From Clostridia bacterium (GTDB lineage: Bacteria; Bacillota; Clostridia; Oscillospirales; CAG-272), in contig JAFVYZ010000045.1 in assembly GCA_017508425.1 (NCBI GenBank), forward strand, positions 5,220 through 69,219: a DNA stretch of 64,000 nucleotides, read 5' to 3'. Every line of letters begins with the position of its first letter. Positions within the stretch are counted from its first letter, which is position 1. Below, piece by piece: positions 49,172-57,334 of this stretch. The position numbers were made by a program, and so were the translations under genes. The notes beneath the pieces were generated by a model, which worked only from the letters and a program-made list of their open reading frames with translations, searched no databases and had not been told where the DNA came from.

Positions 49172-49407
49172 AGAGCACGGTAGATGTGTTAACAGCGGAG
49201 GTTCCGGAATTAACGCCCAAAAAAGCAATAAAAGAAAATGAACAAAAAATAGATTTCAATTTACCAAGTAATCAAAGCATTGTAAAAAAACAAAGGCATA
49301 AACACAAGATCCCAATATCATGGAACCTAAAACCGCACAGGATTCACAAAAGTCCCAAAGCCCAAGAAATTGAGAAAAACCCTATATCAAGGCCTTTTTC
49401 ATTCCCT

Positions 49408-49439
49408 TTTTTATACAAAACTTGACTTTTGTATAAAAA
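49408..49439. other. 13-6-13 palindrome, candidate dif-like recombination site
   Basis: TTTTTATACAAAA-CTTGAC-TTTTGTATAAAAA; the palindrome is directly visible, the function is inferred. Confidence 0.45.
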
Positions 49440-49581
49440 TAAGTGTTACGAAATAGGAGCCTTGCTTTTAAACTTAGTGTTTCCCTGGCCCGGGTGCATA
49501 CGGCATTTTAATAAAAAACCAAAAGGATACCGCTTCTTGCTTACCAACACAAGCACCTTATCCTTTTGGCTTTTCGGAAAA

Positions 49582-49851
49582 TTATTCGTTTGGGATTGCT
49601 TTTTGATATTTCCTTCGTGTCGCTTCTCCGCCGCGCAAATGGCGTTCGTCCTTGTTTTCCTGCAAAATCTTACCAACTTCATAATACAAGCCGGCGTTTT
49701 GAATACGCAGATCCTTTGTAACATCCTTATGTACCGTGCTTTTGCTGATGCCAAAGTGTGCAGCGGCACTACGTACCGTCGCGTGATGCTTCAAAATATA
49801 TTTACCCAGCATTTCACATCGAGTACCGAAAAGCGGATCAAAATTTTGCAT
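49582..49851 (-). CDS. spoIIID: Sporulation transcription regulator SpoIIID
   Basis: YIL...ATVR.AA..FGISKSTVHKDVT..L....NK.ERHLRGGEATR.KY; sigE-like CATAAGAT -10 upstream. Confidence 0.93.
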   Translation of the reverse strand: MQNFDPLFGTRCEMLGKYILKHHATVRSAAAHFGISKSTVHKDVTKDLRIQNAGLYYEVGKILQENKDERHLRGGEATRRKYQKAIPNE

Positions 49852-49940
49852 AATTCTTCTCTTCTCTGTTGAAATTTTGTCGGATTTTTGCTATACTATC
49901 TTATGCACGAAGTATTGACGAAAGAACAAAGGACTGCAAG

Positions 49941-50714
49941 ATGATAAAAGAAGATATAAAATTTGAAAATTCTACGATTTTCGAGGGGATGACTTCAATT
50001 TCGGCACTGCTTTCGGCACGTGAGGCAGGGACAAACGATCGCCCGATCCTTGAAATTCGTTATGATCGCCAAAAAAAGGCAAAAAAAGCACGTGAGATCG
50101 CATTTTTAACGGCCAAATGCAAGGAGCTGGGTGTTCCGCTTTGTGAAACCACGGCTGAGGAGCTTGACGGACTTTGCGTCGGCAAGACTCACGGTGGCAT
50201 TATTGCCGTTTGCGGTGCGCGCACGCTTCCCTTGCCCACGGCCGAGCTTCTCCCAAAAAACGGTTTTCTTTGCTTGCTTGAGGGCATTGAAGACCCTTAT
50301 AATTTCGGGTATGCGGTGCGTTCTCTTTACGCCGCCGGGTGCGATGCCGTTTTGGTTGGAGAGCGAAATTGGATGAACGCGGCGGGTGTTGTAGCACGCG
50401 CCTCAGCCGGCACCTCGGAGCTCCTACCCGTTTTCAGTGGCAATCCCGAAGAAACCGTAAAAATTGCCAAAGCGCTTGGCTATACCGTCATTTGTGCGGG
50501 CATCCGAAATTCAGTTTCCTATACCGACTCCGCGCTCCGTAAGCCCTTGCTGTTGGTGGTGGGCGGCGAAAAGCGCGGCGTATCGGCCGGGGTGTTGGCG
50601 CTTTGTGACGAGGTCGTGCGTATTGACTACGGCAGAAGCTTCCGCGGCTCACTTTCCACCGCTGCAGCGGTGGCCGTGCTCGGATTTGAAATTTTGAAGA
50701 AAAACCAAGAATAA
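49941..50714 (+). CDS. TrmH/SpoU family RNA methyltransferase
   Basis: HGGI, LEGIEDPYNFG..RS, RASAG, VVGGE.RG, SL..AAA. Confidence 0.88.
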   Translation: MIKEDIKFENSTIFEGMTSISALLSAREAGTNDRPILEIRYDRQKKAKKAREIAFLTAKCKELGVPLCETTAEELDGLCVGKTHGGIIAVCGARTLPLPTAELLPKNGFLCLLEGIEDPYNFGYAVRSLYAAGCDAVLVGERNWMNAAGVVARASAGTSELLPVFSGNPEETVKIAKALGYTVICAGIRNSVSYTDSALRKPLLLVVGGEKRGVSAGVLALCDEVVRIDYGRSFRGSLSTAAAVAVLGFEILKKNQE

Positions 50715-50779
50715 GACTAAATTTACAACAAAATAGACCATTATTTCTTATTTTAGGCATAGAAAATTTCATTTTACTG

Positions 50780-50808
50780 TTGCAACCATCGCTTGTTTTT
50801 GATATAAT
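50780..50808 (+). promoter_or_regulatory. SigA-type promoter of purA
   Basis: TTGCAA-N17-TATAAT with extended TG. Confidence 0.7.
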
Positions 50809-50840
50809 ATTGGTTGGTAAAAAATTAGGGAGGTAGCTTT

Positions 50841-52115
50841 ATGCTTACATCTATTGTTGGTATTAACTGGGGTGACGAAGGCAAGGGCCGCATGGTTGAC
50901 CTTCTTTCCGAGCAGCAGGACATCGTCGTTCGTTATCAGGGTGGCAACAACGCAGGCCACACCGTCATCAACGAGCGCGGCAAGTTTATTCTCAACCTTC
51001 TGCCCTCGGGCATTCTTCGTCCCGACGTGGTTTGCGTGATGGGCAACGGTATGGCGATCGACCTCGCACACCTTGAAAAAGAGAGTGCAAAGCTCATCGA
51101 GGCGGGCGTTGAGGTTTCCCCCCGCAACCTGAAGATCAGTGACCGTGCGATCCTCACACTTCCCTATCACGTGCAGCTCGACTGCCTTGAAGAGGAGCGT
51201 TTGGCCGGTGAAAAGTACGGCTCTACCCGTCGCGGCATCGCGCCCGTTTACGGCGACAAATATATGAAAAAGGCCATTCGCGCAGGCGACCTGCTCGATC
51301 TTGACTACCTGGCAAAGCGCCTGAAGGGCGTTGTCGCCTACAAGTCTCTCATGATCGAGGGCGTTTACAAGGCAGAGCCCCTTAACTATGACGAGCTCTT
51401 TGCTTGGCTGAAGAAATACGCCGATATGTACAAGGATTACATCATTGACACCGGCATTTACCTCACTGAGGCCGTGAAGGCCGGCAAGCGCATCATGTTT
51501 GAGGCGCAGCTCGGCGCCCTTCGTGACATTGATTTCGGCATTTACCCCTACACCTCCTCTTCCTCCACCATTGCGGCTTACGCGCCCATTGGCGCGGGCA
51601 TTCCCGGTGTGAAGCTTGATGAGGTTTACGGTGTAATGAAGGCTTATTCCACCTGCGTGGGTGAGGGCCCCTTCACCTGCGAGTGGTTCGGTGAGGAAGC
51701 TGAGGAGCTTCGCGCCGCCGGCGGTGAGTACGGTGCCGCTACGGGCCGTCCCCGTCGCGTGGGTCCGTTTGATGTGGTTGCTTCCCGCTACGGCTGCCGC
51801 GTACAGGGTGCGGACTACATTGCTCTGACCAAGACCGATATTCTTTCTTATATGAAGAAAATCCCGATCTGCGTTGCCTACGACGTAAACGGCAAGCGCG
51901 TGACCGAGTTCCCCACCGGCGAGGCTCTTAATATCGCAAAGCCTATTTACGAGTATGTTGACGGCTGGAACTGCGATATTTCGGGTTGCCGCACCATTGA
52001 GGATATGCCGAAGGAGCTCATCGCTTACGTTAAGAAGATCGAGGAGCTGGTTGATTGCAAGATCAAGTACGTATCGGTCGGCGCTGAGCGCGAGGCCTAC
52101 GTGCAGATGTTTTAA
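50841..52115 (+). CDS. purA: Adenylosuccinate synthetase
   Basis: WGDEGKG, GGNNAGHT, GIYPYTSSS, EYGAATGRPRRVG. Confidence 0.97.
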   Translation: MLTSIVGINWGDEGKGRMVDLLSEQQDIVVRYQGGNNAGHTVINERGKFILNLLPSGILRPDVVCVMGNGMAIDLAHLEKESAKLIEAGVEVSPRNLKISDRAILTLPYHVQLDCLEEERLAGEKYGSTRRGIAPVYGDKYMKKAIRAGDLLDLDYLAKRLKGVVAYKSLMIEGVYKAEPLNYDELFAWLKKYADMYKDYIIDTGIYLTEAVKAGKRIMFEAQLGALRDIDFGIYPYTSSSSTIAAYAPIGAGIPGVKLDEVYGVMKAYSTCVGEGPFTCEWFGEEAEELRAAGGEYGAATGRPRRVGPFDVVASRYGCRVQGADYIALTKTDILSYMKKIPICVAYDVNGKRVTEFPTGEALNIAKPIYEYVDGWNCDISGCRTIEDMPKELIAYVKKIEELVDCKIKYVSVGAEREAYVQMF

Positions 52116-52122
52116 GTAACAG

Positions 52123-52167
52123 AATAAATTATCCCCCCTTACCGTTTGGTGAGGGGGGATATTTATT
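52123..52167. terminator. Bidirectional terminator
   Basis: AATAAATTATCCCCCCT...AGGGGGGATATTTATT. Confidence 0.75.
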
Positions 52168-52185
52168 TGTAACTTTAACTGAAAT

Positions 52186-54750
52186 TTACCAAGGAGTAGG
52201 CACACCGTCAACCCAGCGCCAATAGTTGCCCGTGGCGGTAGGCTGCTCGGCGGAATAGTAATAGCGGGTGGCAGAGGTTAAGGAACCGTTGTTGTAACCC
52301 AAATCTATACCGGACCATTCATTTGCCGTCCCCTTGTAATATACACTTCCGAGATTGCTGCAATCATAGAACGCATACTCGCCGATGCTCGTGACGCTCG
52401 CGGGAATCGTGATCGACTTAAGGCTATTGCAATCATCGAAAGCCTGTGCGCCGATGCTAATGACGCTATCTGGGATCGTGAAGGATACAAGATGGTCTTT
52501 CCAAGCAAACGCACAAGCAGCGATGCCTACGGTATTAGCGCGCAAATGAACCGATGTTACATTCTGATCAGAATCAACTGCCCATTTATCCACGTAAGAT
52601 ACACCGTTCTCTTTTTGAAGAATACCCGTGCAATCATAGAACACAAATTCGGCGATGCTGGTGACGCTATCGGGAATCACGATGGATGTGAGCCCTTTGC
52701 AATTACCGAACGCATAAGAGCCGATGCTGGTGACGCTATTAGGAATCACGATGGACTTGAGGCCAGTGCAACCCTCGAACGTCTGCTCATAGATATGGGT
52801 GACCTTATTGGGAATCACGATGGATGTGAGCCCCGTGCAATCCCGGAACGCACTTCCGCCGATGCGGGTGACGCTCGCGGGGATCGTTATCGACGTGAGG
52901 CTGCCGCAACCCTCGAACGCAGAAGAGCCGATGCTCGTCAGCTGGCTGTTCTCACCAAACGTCACAGACGCGAGGTTGCTACAACGTTCAAACGCACAAT
53001 AGCCGATTTCTACGATGCTTGCAGGGACGAAGACCGAAACGATGGTATCGTTATCACAAAACGCCTCCTTACAAATGGCTATCACGGGCTTGCCTGCGTA
53101 GGTATCGGCAATTATAATTTGGCTAGTTGTGCCCTCATAGCCAATAACAGCAGCAGTGGTACCGTCGGCAGAAAGATCATACATAATGCCCTCTCCCCCC
53201 GTAATGGCGCGATTGCAAATAGTGCAATAGCCGGTTTTTGTATCAACGGTATGCTCTACCCTCCCCTCGGTTGCATCGCAATGTTGACAATCGTACCAAT
53301 GGTAGGAGCCGTCGTGCGAATAGGTGGTTTTATAGATGTGGGAGACCTTTTCGGTAAGATTGGTGATCTCCACCTTGCCACAAGTGGTACAGGTGTTGGT
53401 ATCATAGCCGACCGCATGACAGGTAGGGGGTGTGGTTACCGTTTCAAAATCATGGTCAGCGGCACTGCCCTGCTTCCATTCGAGCACGTTGCAGGTAAGG
53501 CAGATGCGGTAAAAGAGCCTATTTTCACAATAGACGTTTGCGTTGCCGCTGTAATCCACCCAGTCGGTGCCGAAGGTATGCTTGTGTGCGGAAAGCAGTG
53601 CGGCTACCTGTCTTTCCAGCTCAGCAAATCTTGCCTCGCTTGCAGTTTGCAGATCGGTAATCATGCCGTTGATCGTTGCAATTTCACTGTCGTGGTCAGA
53701 GGCAAGGATATCGAGCTTATTTTGCAGTTCGGTTTTGGCATCACTGATTGCCTTTTCGTTGGCGGCGATCTTGCTGTTGATCTCCGCTACGGCGGTATTG
53801 TATGTAGCGGTTAATTCGTCAAGCTCTGCCTTAGTTGCATCTGCCTTTTCGGTCAGTGCGGCAAGCTCCTCTTTGTGCTTGTCACCCAGTGCATTGATCG
53901 CCGCTTCGTTTGCCGTATCGGCAGTTTTCAGTGCTTCAAGGTCAGTCGCATATTTTGCCTCAAGCGCATCCAAGTCTGCTTGGGTGGCATCTGCCTTTAC
54001 GGTGAGTGCATCAAGCTCCTCTTTGTGCTTATCGCCCAGTGCCTTGATCGCGGCTTCGTTATCCTTATCCGCCTTTTGCAGTGCTTCAAGGTCGGTTGCG
54101 TATTTCGTTTCAAGTGCATCGAGCTCTGCTTGGGTGGCATCTGCCTTTGCGGTCAGTGCATCAAGCTCCTGTTGGTGCTTATCGCCCAGTGCTTTGATCG
54201 CGGCATCGTTTGCCGTGTCGGCGGCTTGCAGGGCGGCAAGGTCGGTGGCGTACTGTGCTTCAAGCGCATCTAAGTCTGCTTGGGTAGCATCTGCCTTTGC
54301 GGTGAGTGCATCAAGCTCCTCTTTGTGCTTGTCGCCCAGTGCTTTGATCGCCGCATCGTTTGCCGTGTCAGCCGCTTGCAGGGCTGCAAGGTCGGTGGCA
54401 TACTGTGCTTCAAGCAAATCCAAGTCTGCCTGCGTTGCCGTGTTTGCAGCAGTTAAAGCTGCCACAGCCTCGGCATGGGCGGCGGTCAGTGCATCATATT
54501 CCACCTTGTGCGCCACGTTTGCCGCTTCCAGCTCGGCAATTTTGGCGGTATAGGCATCGTTTAGTGCCTTGATTGCTGCCTCGTTGGCGGCAATTTTTTC
54601 ACTGAGTGCCGTTTCCAGTGTTTGTAACAGTGCTTCGGTATCCGTTTTGGTGTGGTAATTCTCTTCTTCCATGCATGCGGTAAAGCCTACCGTTATTGCC
54701 ATGGAAAGCAGTACCAGCAAAAGGACTGTTAACATTCTTTTTGCTGTCAT
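52186..54750 (-). CDS. Surface lipoprotein: tandem-repeat coiled-coil stalk, Cys/His modules, BspA-type leucine-rich repeats
   Basis: RBS AGGAGG; lipobox FTAC; 50-aa repeats; CxxC/H motifs; 23-aa LTSI.IP.SVTSIG..AF..C repeats. Confidence 0.88.
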   Translation of the reverse strand: MTAKRMLTVLLLVLLSMAITVGFTACMEEENYHTKTDTEALLQTLETALSEKIAANEAAIKALNDAYTAKIAELEAANVAHKVEYDALTAAHAEAVAALTAANTATQADLDLLEAQYATDLAALQAADTANDAAIKALGDKHKEELDALTAKADATQADLDALEAQYATDLAALQAADTANDAAIKALGDKHQQELDALTAKADATQAELDALETKYATDLEALQKADKDNEAAIKALGDKHKEELDALTVKADATQADLDALEAKYATDLEALKTADTANEAAINALGDKHKEELAALTEKADATKAELDELTATYNTAVAEINSKIAANEKAISDAKTELQNKLDILASDHDSEIATINGMITDLQTASEARFAELERQVAALLSAHKHTFGTDWVDYSGNANVYCENRLFYRICLTCNVLEWKQGSAADHDFETVTTPPTCHAVGYDTNTCTTCGKVEITNLTEKVSHIYKTTYSHDGSYHWYDCQHCDATEGRVEHTVDTKTGYCTICNRAITGGEGIMYDLSADGTTAAVIGYEGTTSQIIIADTYAGKPVIAICKEAFCDNDTIVSVFVPASIVEIGYCAFERCSNLASVTFGENSQLTSIGSSAFEGCGSLTSITIPASVTRIGGSAFRDCTGLTSIVIPNKVTHIYEQTFEGCTGLKSIVIPNSVTSIGSYAFGNCKGLTSIVIPDSVTSIAEFVFYDCTGILQKENGVSYVDKWAVDSDQNVTSVHLRANTVGIAACAFAWKDHLVSFTIPDSVISIGAQAFDDCNSLKSITIPASVTSIGEYAFYDCSNLGSVYYKGTANEWSGIDLGYNNGSLTSATRYYYSAEQPTATGNYWRWVDGVPTPW
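53836..54435 (-). repeat. Four tandem 150-bp (50-aa) coding repeats
   Basis: CAAGCTCCT recurs at 53862, 54012, 54162, 54312; unit TQADLDALEAQYATDLAALQAADTANDAAIKALGDKHKEELDALTAKADA. Confidence 0.92.
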
Positions 54751-54770
54751 GTCTTTTTCCCTCCTAAAAT

Positions 54771-54929
54771 AAAAAAAGTGCGCAACCGAAGCTACGCACC
54801 GAAAAATGCAGCTCCGATTGTCGCCAAACAATTACTGACACTCACAACAAGTATGCAGAAAAGAGCATGCATTTTTACCATAATAAAAATGCACACTTGT
54901 CGTGAAAAATATTCGTAATTGTTTGGCAA
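54771..54929 (-). ncRNA. Structured 5' leader RNA / attenuator, family unidentified
   Basis: Nested 13-bp and 16-bp stems, G-U pairs valid only on the minus strand, cUUCGg terminator plus U-tract before the RBS. Confidence 0.75.
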
Positions 54930-54934
54930 TTTTT

Positions 54935-54963
54935 ATTGTAGCACACACGCGCGTGTTTGTAAA
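54935..54963 (-). promoter_or_regulatory. SigA-type promoter for the leader RNA / LRR gene
   Basis: TTTACA-N17-TACAAT with extended TG. Confidence 0.7.
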
Positions 54964-54979
54964 GAGTTTTTTATAGCAA

Positions 54980-55009
54980 AAAATCCCTGCGCTTTAGCGC
55001 AGGGATTTT
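54980..55009 (-). terminator. Terminator of the rhaA-rhaD operon
   Basis: AAAATCCCTGCGC-TTTA-GCGCAGGGATTTT. Confidence 0.85.
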
Positions 55010-55025
55010 ACTGTATATTGTGTTA

Positions 55026-55853
55026 TCAATCGTCAAGAAACTCCTCGCGGAGTGTGACGCCAAAGTCACGTGCGATGGCGCGAAGGTTTGCATCCGTGAT
55101 CGTTTGCAGGATTTTGCCGCCGCCTGCAGACATGGCGAGATTGTAGATCTCTGCCGCCTTTTCGATGGTGTGCATCAAACCAAAGGTGATATCAAGGTCG
55201 GGTCCCGAGCAAAAGAGTCCGTGATGCGCCCATACAACCGCTTCAAACTCCTCCATTTGCTTGGAGGTGGCAAGTGCGATCTCGGCGCCCCCCGGCACCA
55301 TCCACTCTACCATACCGACACCACCCGGGAAAACAACAGGACATTCGGTCGCCGACTGCCAAAGTGCGCGGGTAAATGCCTTGGCGGTCAGGGGGGTGGT
55401 ATAGGTCATGGCAATGATATTGGCGGGGTGTGCGTGGTAAATGACACGGCAAGCGCCGTTCGTTGCCTTGACGCGCACGGCGTGGTTCATAAAGTGGCTC
55501 GGGAACTCGCTCGTGGGGCGCGCACCGTCTTCAAGCCCCCAAACGATGCGCCAGGCGCTTCCCTCTTTGTTGATCTCCACAATGCCAATGGAATGCGCGG
55601 GGTCAAGCATCACGTTGCGGAAAAACTTACCGCTGCCCGTGGTGAGGAAATACTCCCCACCGAGATGCGCCGCCGACACGCCCATTTCGTTCCACTCGCG
55701 GGGCTCGTTAAAGTAGGGGCGGCAAAGGGCTACATCCTCCTCGGTCATGCGATAGGTGAGGTTGCCGCCGTTTCTCTCGTGCCAGCCCTGCTCCCAGCCG
55801 TCGTTGCAGGCTCTAATATAATCCTTTACGATTTTAATATCTAAAATGCTCAT
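55026..55853 (-). CDS. rhaD: Rhamnulose-1-phosphate aldolase
   Basis: GWHERNGGNL, TGSGKFFRN, PTSE, HAHP, W.HHG. Confidence 0.93.
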   Translation of the reverse strand: MSILDIKIVKDYIRACNDGWEQGWHERNGGNLTYRMTEEDVALCRPYFNEPREWNEMGVSAAHLGGEYFLTTGSGKFFRNVMLDPAHSIGIVEINKEGSAWRIVWGLEDGARPTSEFPSHFMNHAVRVKATNGACRVIYHAHPANIIAMTYTTPLTAKAFTRALWQSATECPVVFPGGVGMVEWMVPGGAEIALATSKQMEEFEAVVWAHHGLFCSGPDLDITFGLMHTIEKAAEIYNLAMSAGGGKILQTITDANLRAIARDFGVTLREEFLDD

Positions 55854-55854
55854 T

Positions 55855-57111
55855 TCAGTGTCCTCTCTTTGAAAGCACGTCATTTTCGTATTTCAAGATC
55901 TCGGGATACCACTCGCCGTCCTCGGGTTTTCCGCACGCACGGCAGTATTCCCCCCAAACATCACCGAAGGGATAGATTTTAAGCTCCTCCTGTAGCGCCA
56001 TCAGCTCACCGAATCTACCCTCGTCCTGCAGGGCTTTCAGCTTGTCGTTTGGTTGGAGAAGCGCGAACAGCAACGCTTTTTGCACGTTACGGAAGCCCGT
56101 GACCCATGCGCTGATACGGTTGATGGAGGCATCAAAATAATCAAGCGCGATAAATACGCGATCCAGCGCGTCGCAACGCACGATCTCCTTGCAGATCTCC
56201 TTGGTTTCATCATCAAAGAGCACCACGTGATCGGAATCCCAACGCACGCCGCGTGTGATGTGGAGCGCCATATGCTTGTCGTAAGCAAGTATTGCGGAGA
56301 TCTTATCGCTGACGACCTCGGTGGGGTGATAATGACCGTTATCCATCAAAGAAATACAGTCGTCACGCCCTGCGGCATACTTGAGGCACCACTCGGCGGA
56401 GCCGACGGTGTAGCTTTCAACACCAATACCAAACACCTTACTCTCAGCACAAGGAAACACCTTTGTTTTATCAAAGGGCTCGGAGAGGATCTCATCAAAA
56501 GACTCTTTATAGCGCACGCGCGGACCGAGGCGGTCGGCGGGGATATCCTTGTAGCCGTCACCCGTCCAAATATTCATCACGCAGGGCTGCCCCAGCTCGT
56601 CGGCAAGATACTGCGAGATGCGCACCGAGGCCTTGCCGTGCTCCACCCAAAATTTACGCGTGTCCTCATTCGGGGAGGAGAGCGTCAAGGGATCGCACAT
56701 CGGATGGCCGAAAAACGTAGGATTAAAGTCACATCCCATACCGCGCGCCTTGCAAAACTCCACCCATTTGGAAAAATGCTTGGGTTCGAGCTTGTCGCGA
56801 TCGACCCAACCGCCGTTTTCCTCATCGAAAATGGCATAGCAGGCGTGAAGATTGAGCTTTACCGTGCCGGGCACGAGCGCGACGACCTTATCAATATCCT
56901 GCATCAGCTCCGCGGGAGTGGTTGCCTTGCCAAGGTAATTGCCCGTGATCTGAATACCGCCCGAAAGGCTCTTTTCTTTTTGATCAAAGCCGCCCACATC
57001 ATCGCCTTGCCAGCAGTGGAGCGCGACCGGCACTTTTCTTAATTTTTCAATTGCGGCATCGGTATCAATACCCAGTGCCGCATATTTCTTTTTGGCCTCG
57101 GAATAGGACAT
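55855..57111 (-). CDS. rhaA: L-rhamnose isomerase
   Basis: HCWQGDDV.GF, DFNPTFF, ESKVFGIG.ESYTVGS, GHYHPTE, VRWDSDHVV. Confidence 0.96.
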   Translation of the reverse strand: MSYSEAKKKYAALGIDTDAAIEKLRKVPVALHCWQGDDVGGFDQKEKSLSGGIQITGNYLGKATTPAELMQDIDKVVALVPGTVKLNLHACYAIFDEENGGWVDRDKLEPKHFSKWVEFCKARGMGCDFNPTFFGHPMCDPLTLSSPNEDTRKFWVEHGKASVRISQYLADELGQPCVMNIWTGDGYKDIPADRLGPRVRYKESFDEILSEPFDKTKVFPCAESKVFGIGVESYTVGSAEWCLKYAAGRDDCISLMDNGHYHPTEVVSDKISAILAYDKHMALHITRGVRWDSDHVVLFDDETKEICKEIVRCDALDRVFIALDYFDASINRISAWVTGFRNVQKALLFALLQPNDKLKALQDEGRFGELMALQEELKIYPFGDVWGEYCRACGKPEDGEWYPEILKYENDVLSKRGH

Positions 57112-57270
57112 AACAACCTCCTAAATCGTAATGATACATTATAAATTTTAACACATTATGAACCATCAAAAAAGGTCTTTGATTTTACAAGAAAGTGTGT
57201 TTTTTTATGGAGATAATACCGTATTACACCTGCCATTTGACAAAAAAGGACCTTTTTTTACGAAAAGCCC

Positions 57271-57299
57271 TTGAAAGCCGTGCGCTTCTGTGTTATACT
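57271..57299 (+). promoter_or_regulatory. SigA-type promoter of the AraC regulator
   Basis: TTGAAA-N17-TATACT. Confidence 0.65.
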
Positions 57300-57334
57300 G
57301 TTTTTATATTGAAGCTTTATGAAGGAGGCGTACC

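Noticed and set aside
49186-49425. 79-aa Lys-rich ORF in the non-coding region
   Set aside because: No RBS, GTG start, and composition explained by A-tracts.
50769-52211. 480-aa minus-strand ORF
   Set aside because: Antisense shadow of purA.
53836-54435. Regular repeats as a possible CRISPR array or DGR template
   Set aside because: Contiguous in-frame 150-bp coding repeats without unique spacers; no cas or reverse transcriptase gene in the window.
52492-54553. 440-aa and 328-aa plus-strand repetitive ORFs
   Set aside because: Reverse frames of the LRR/coiled-coil repeats.
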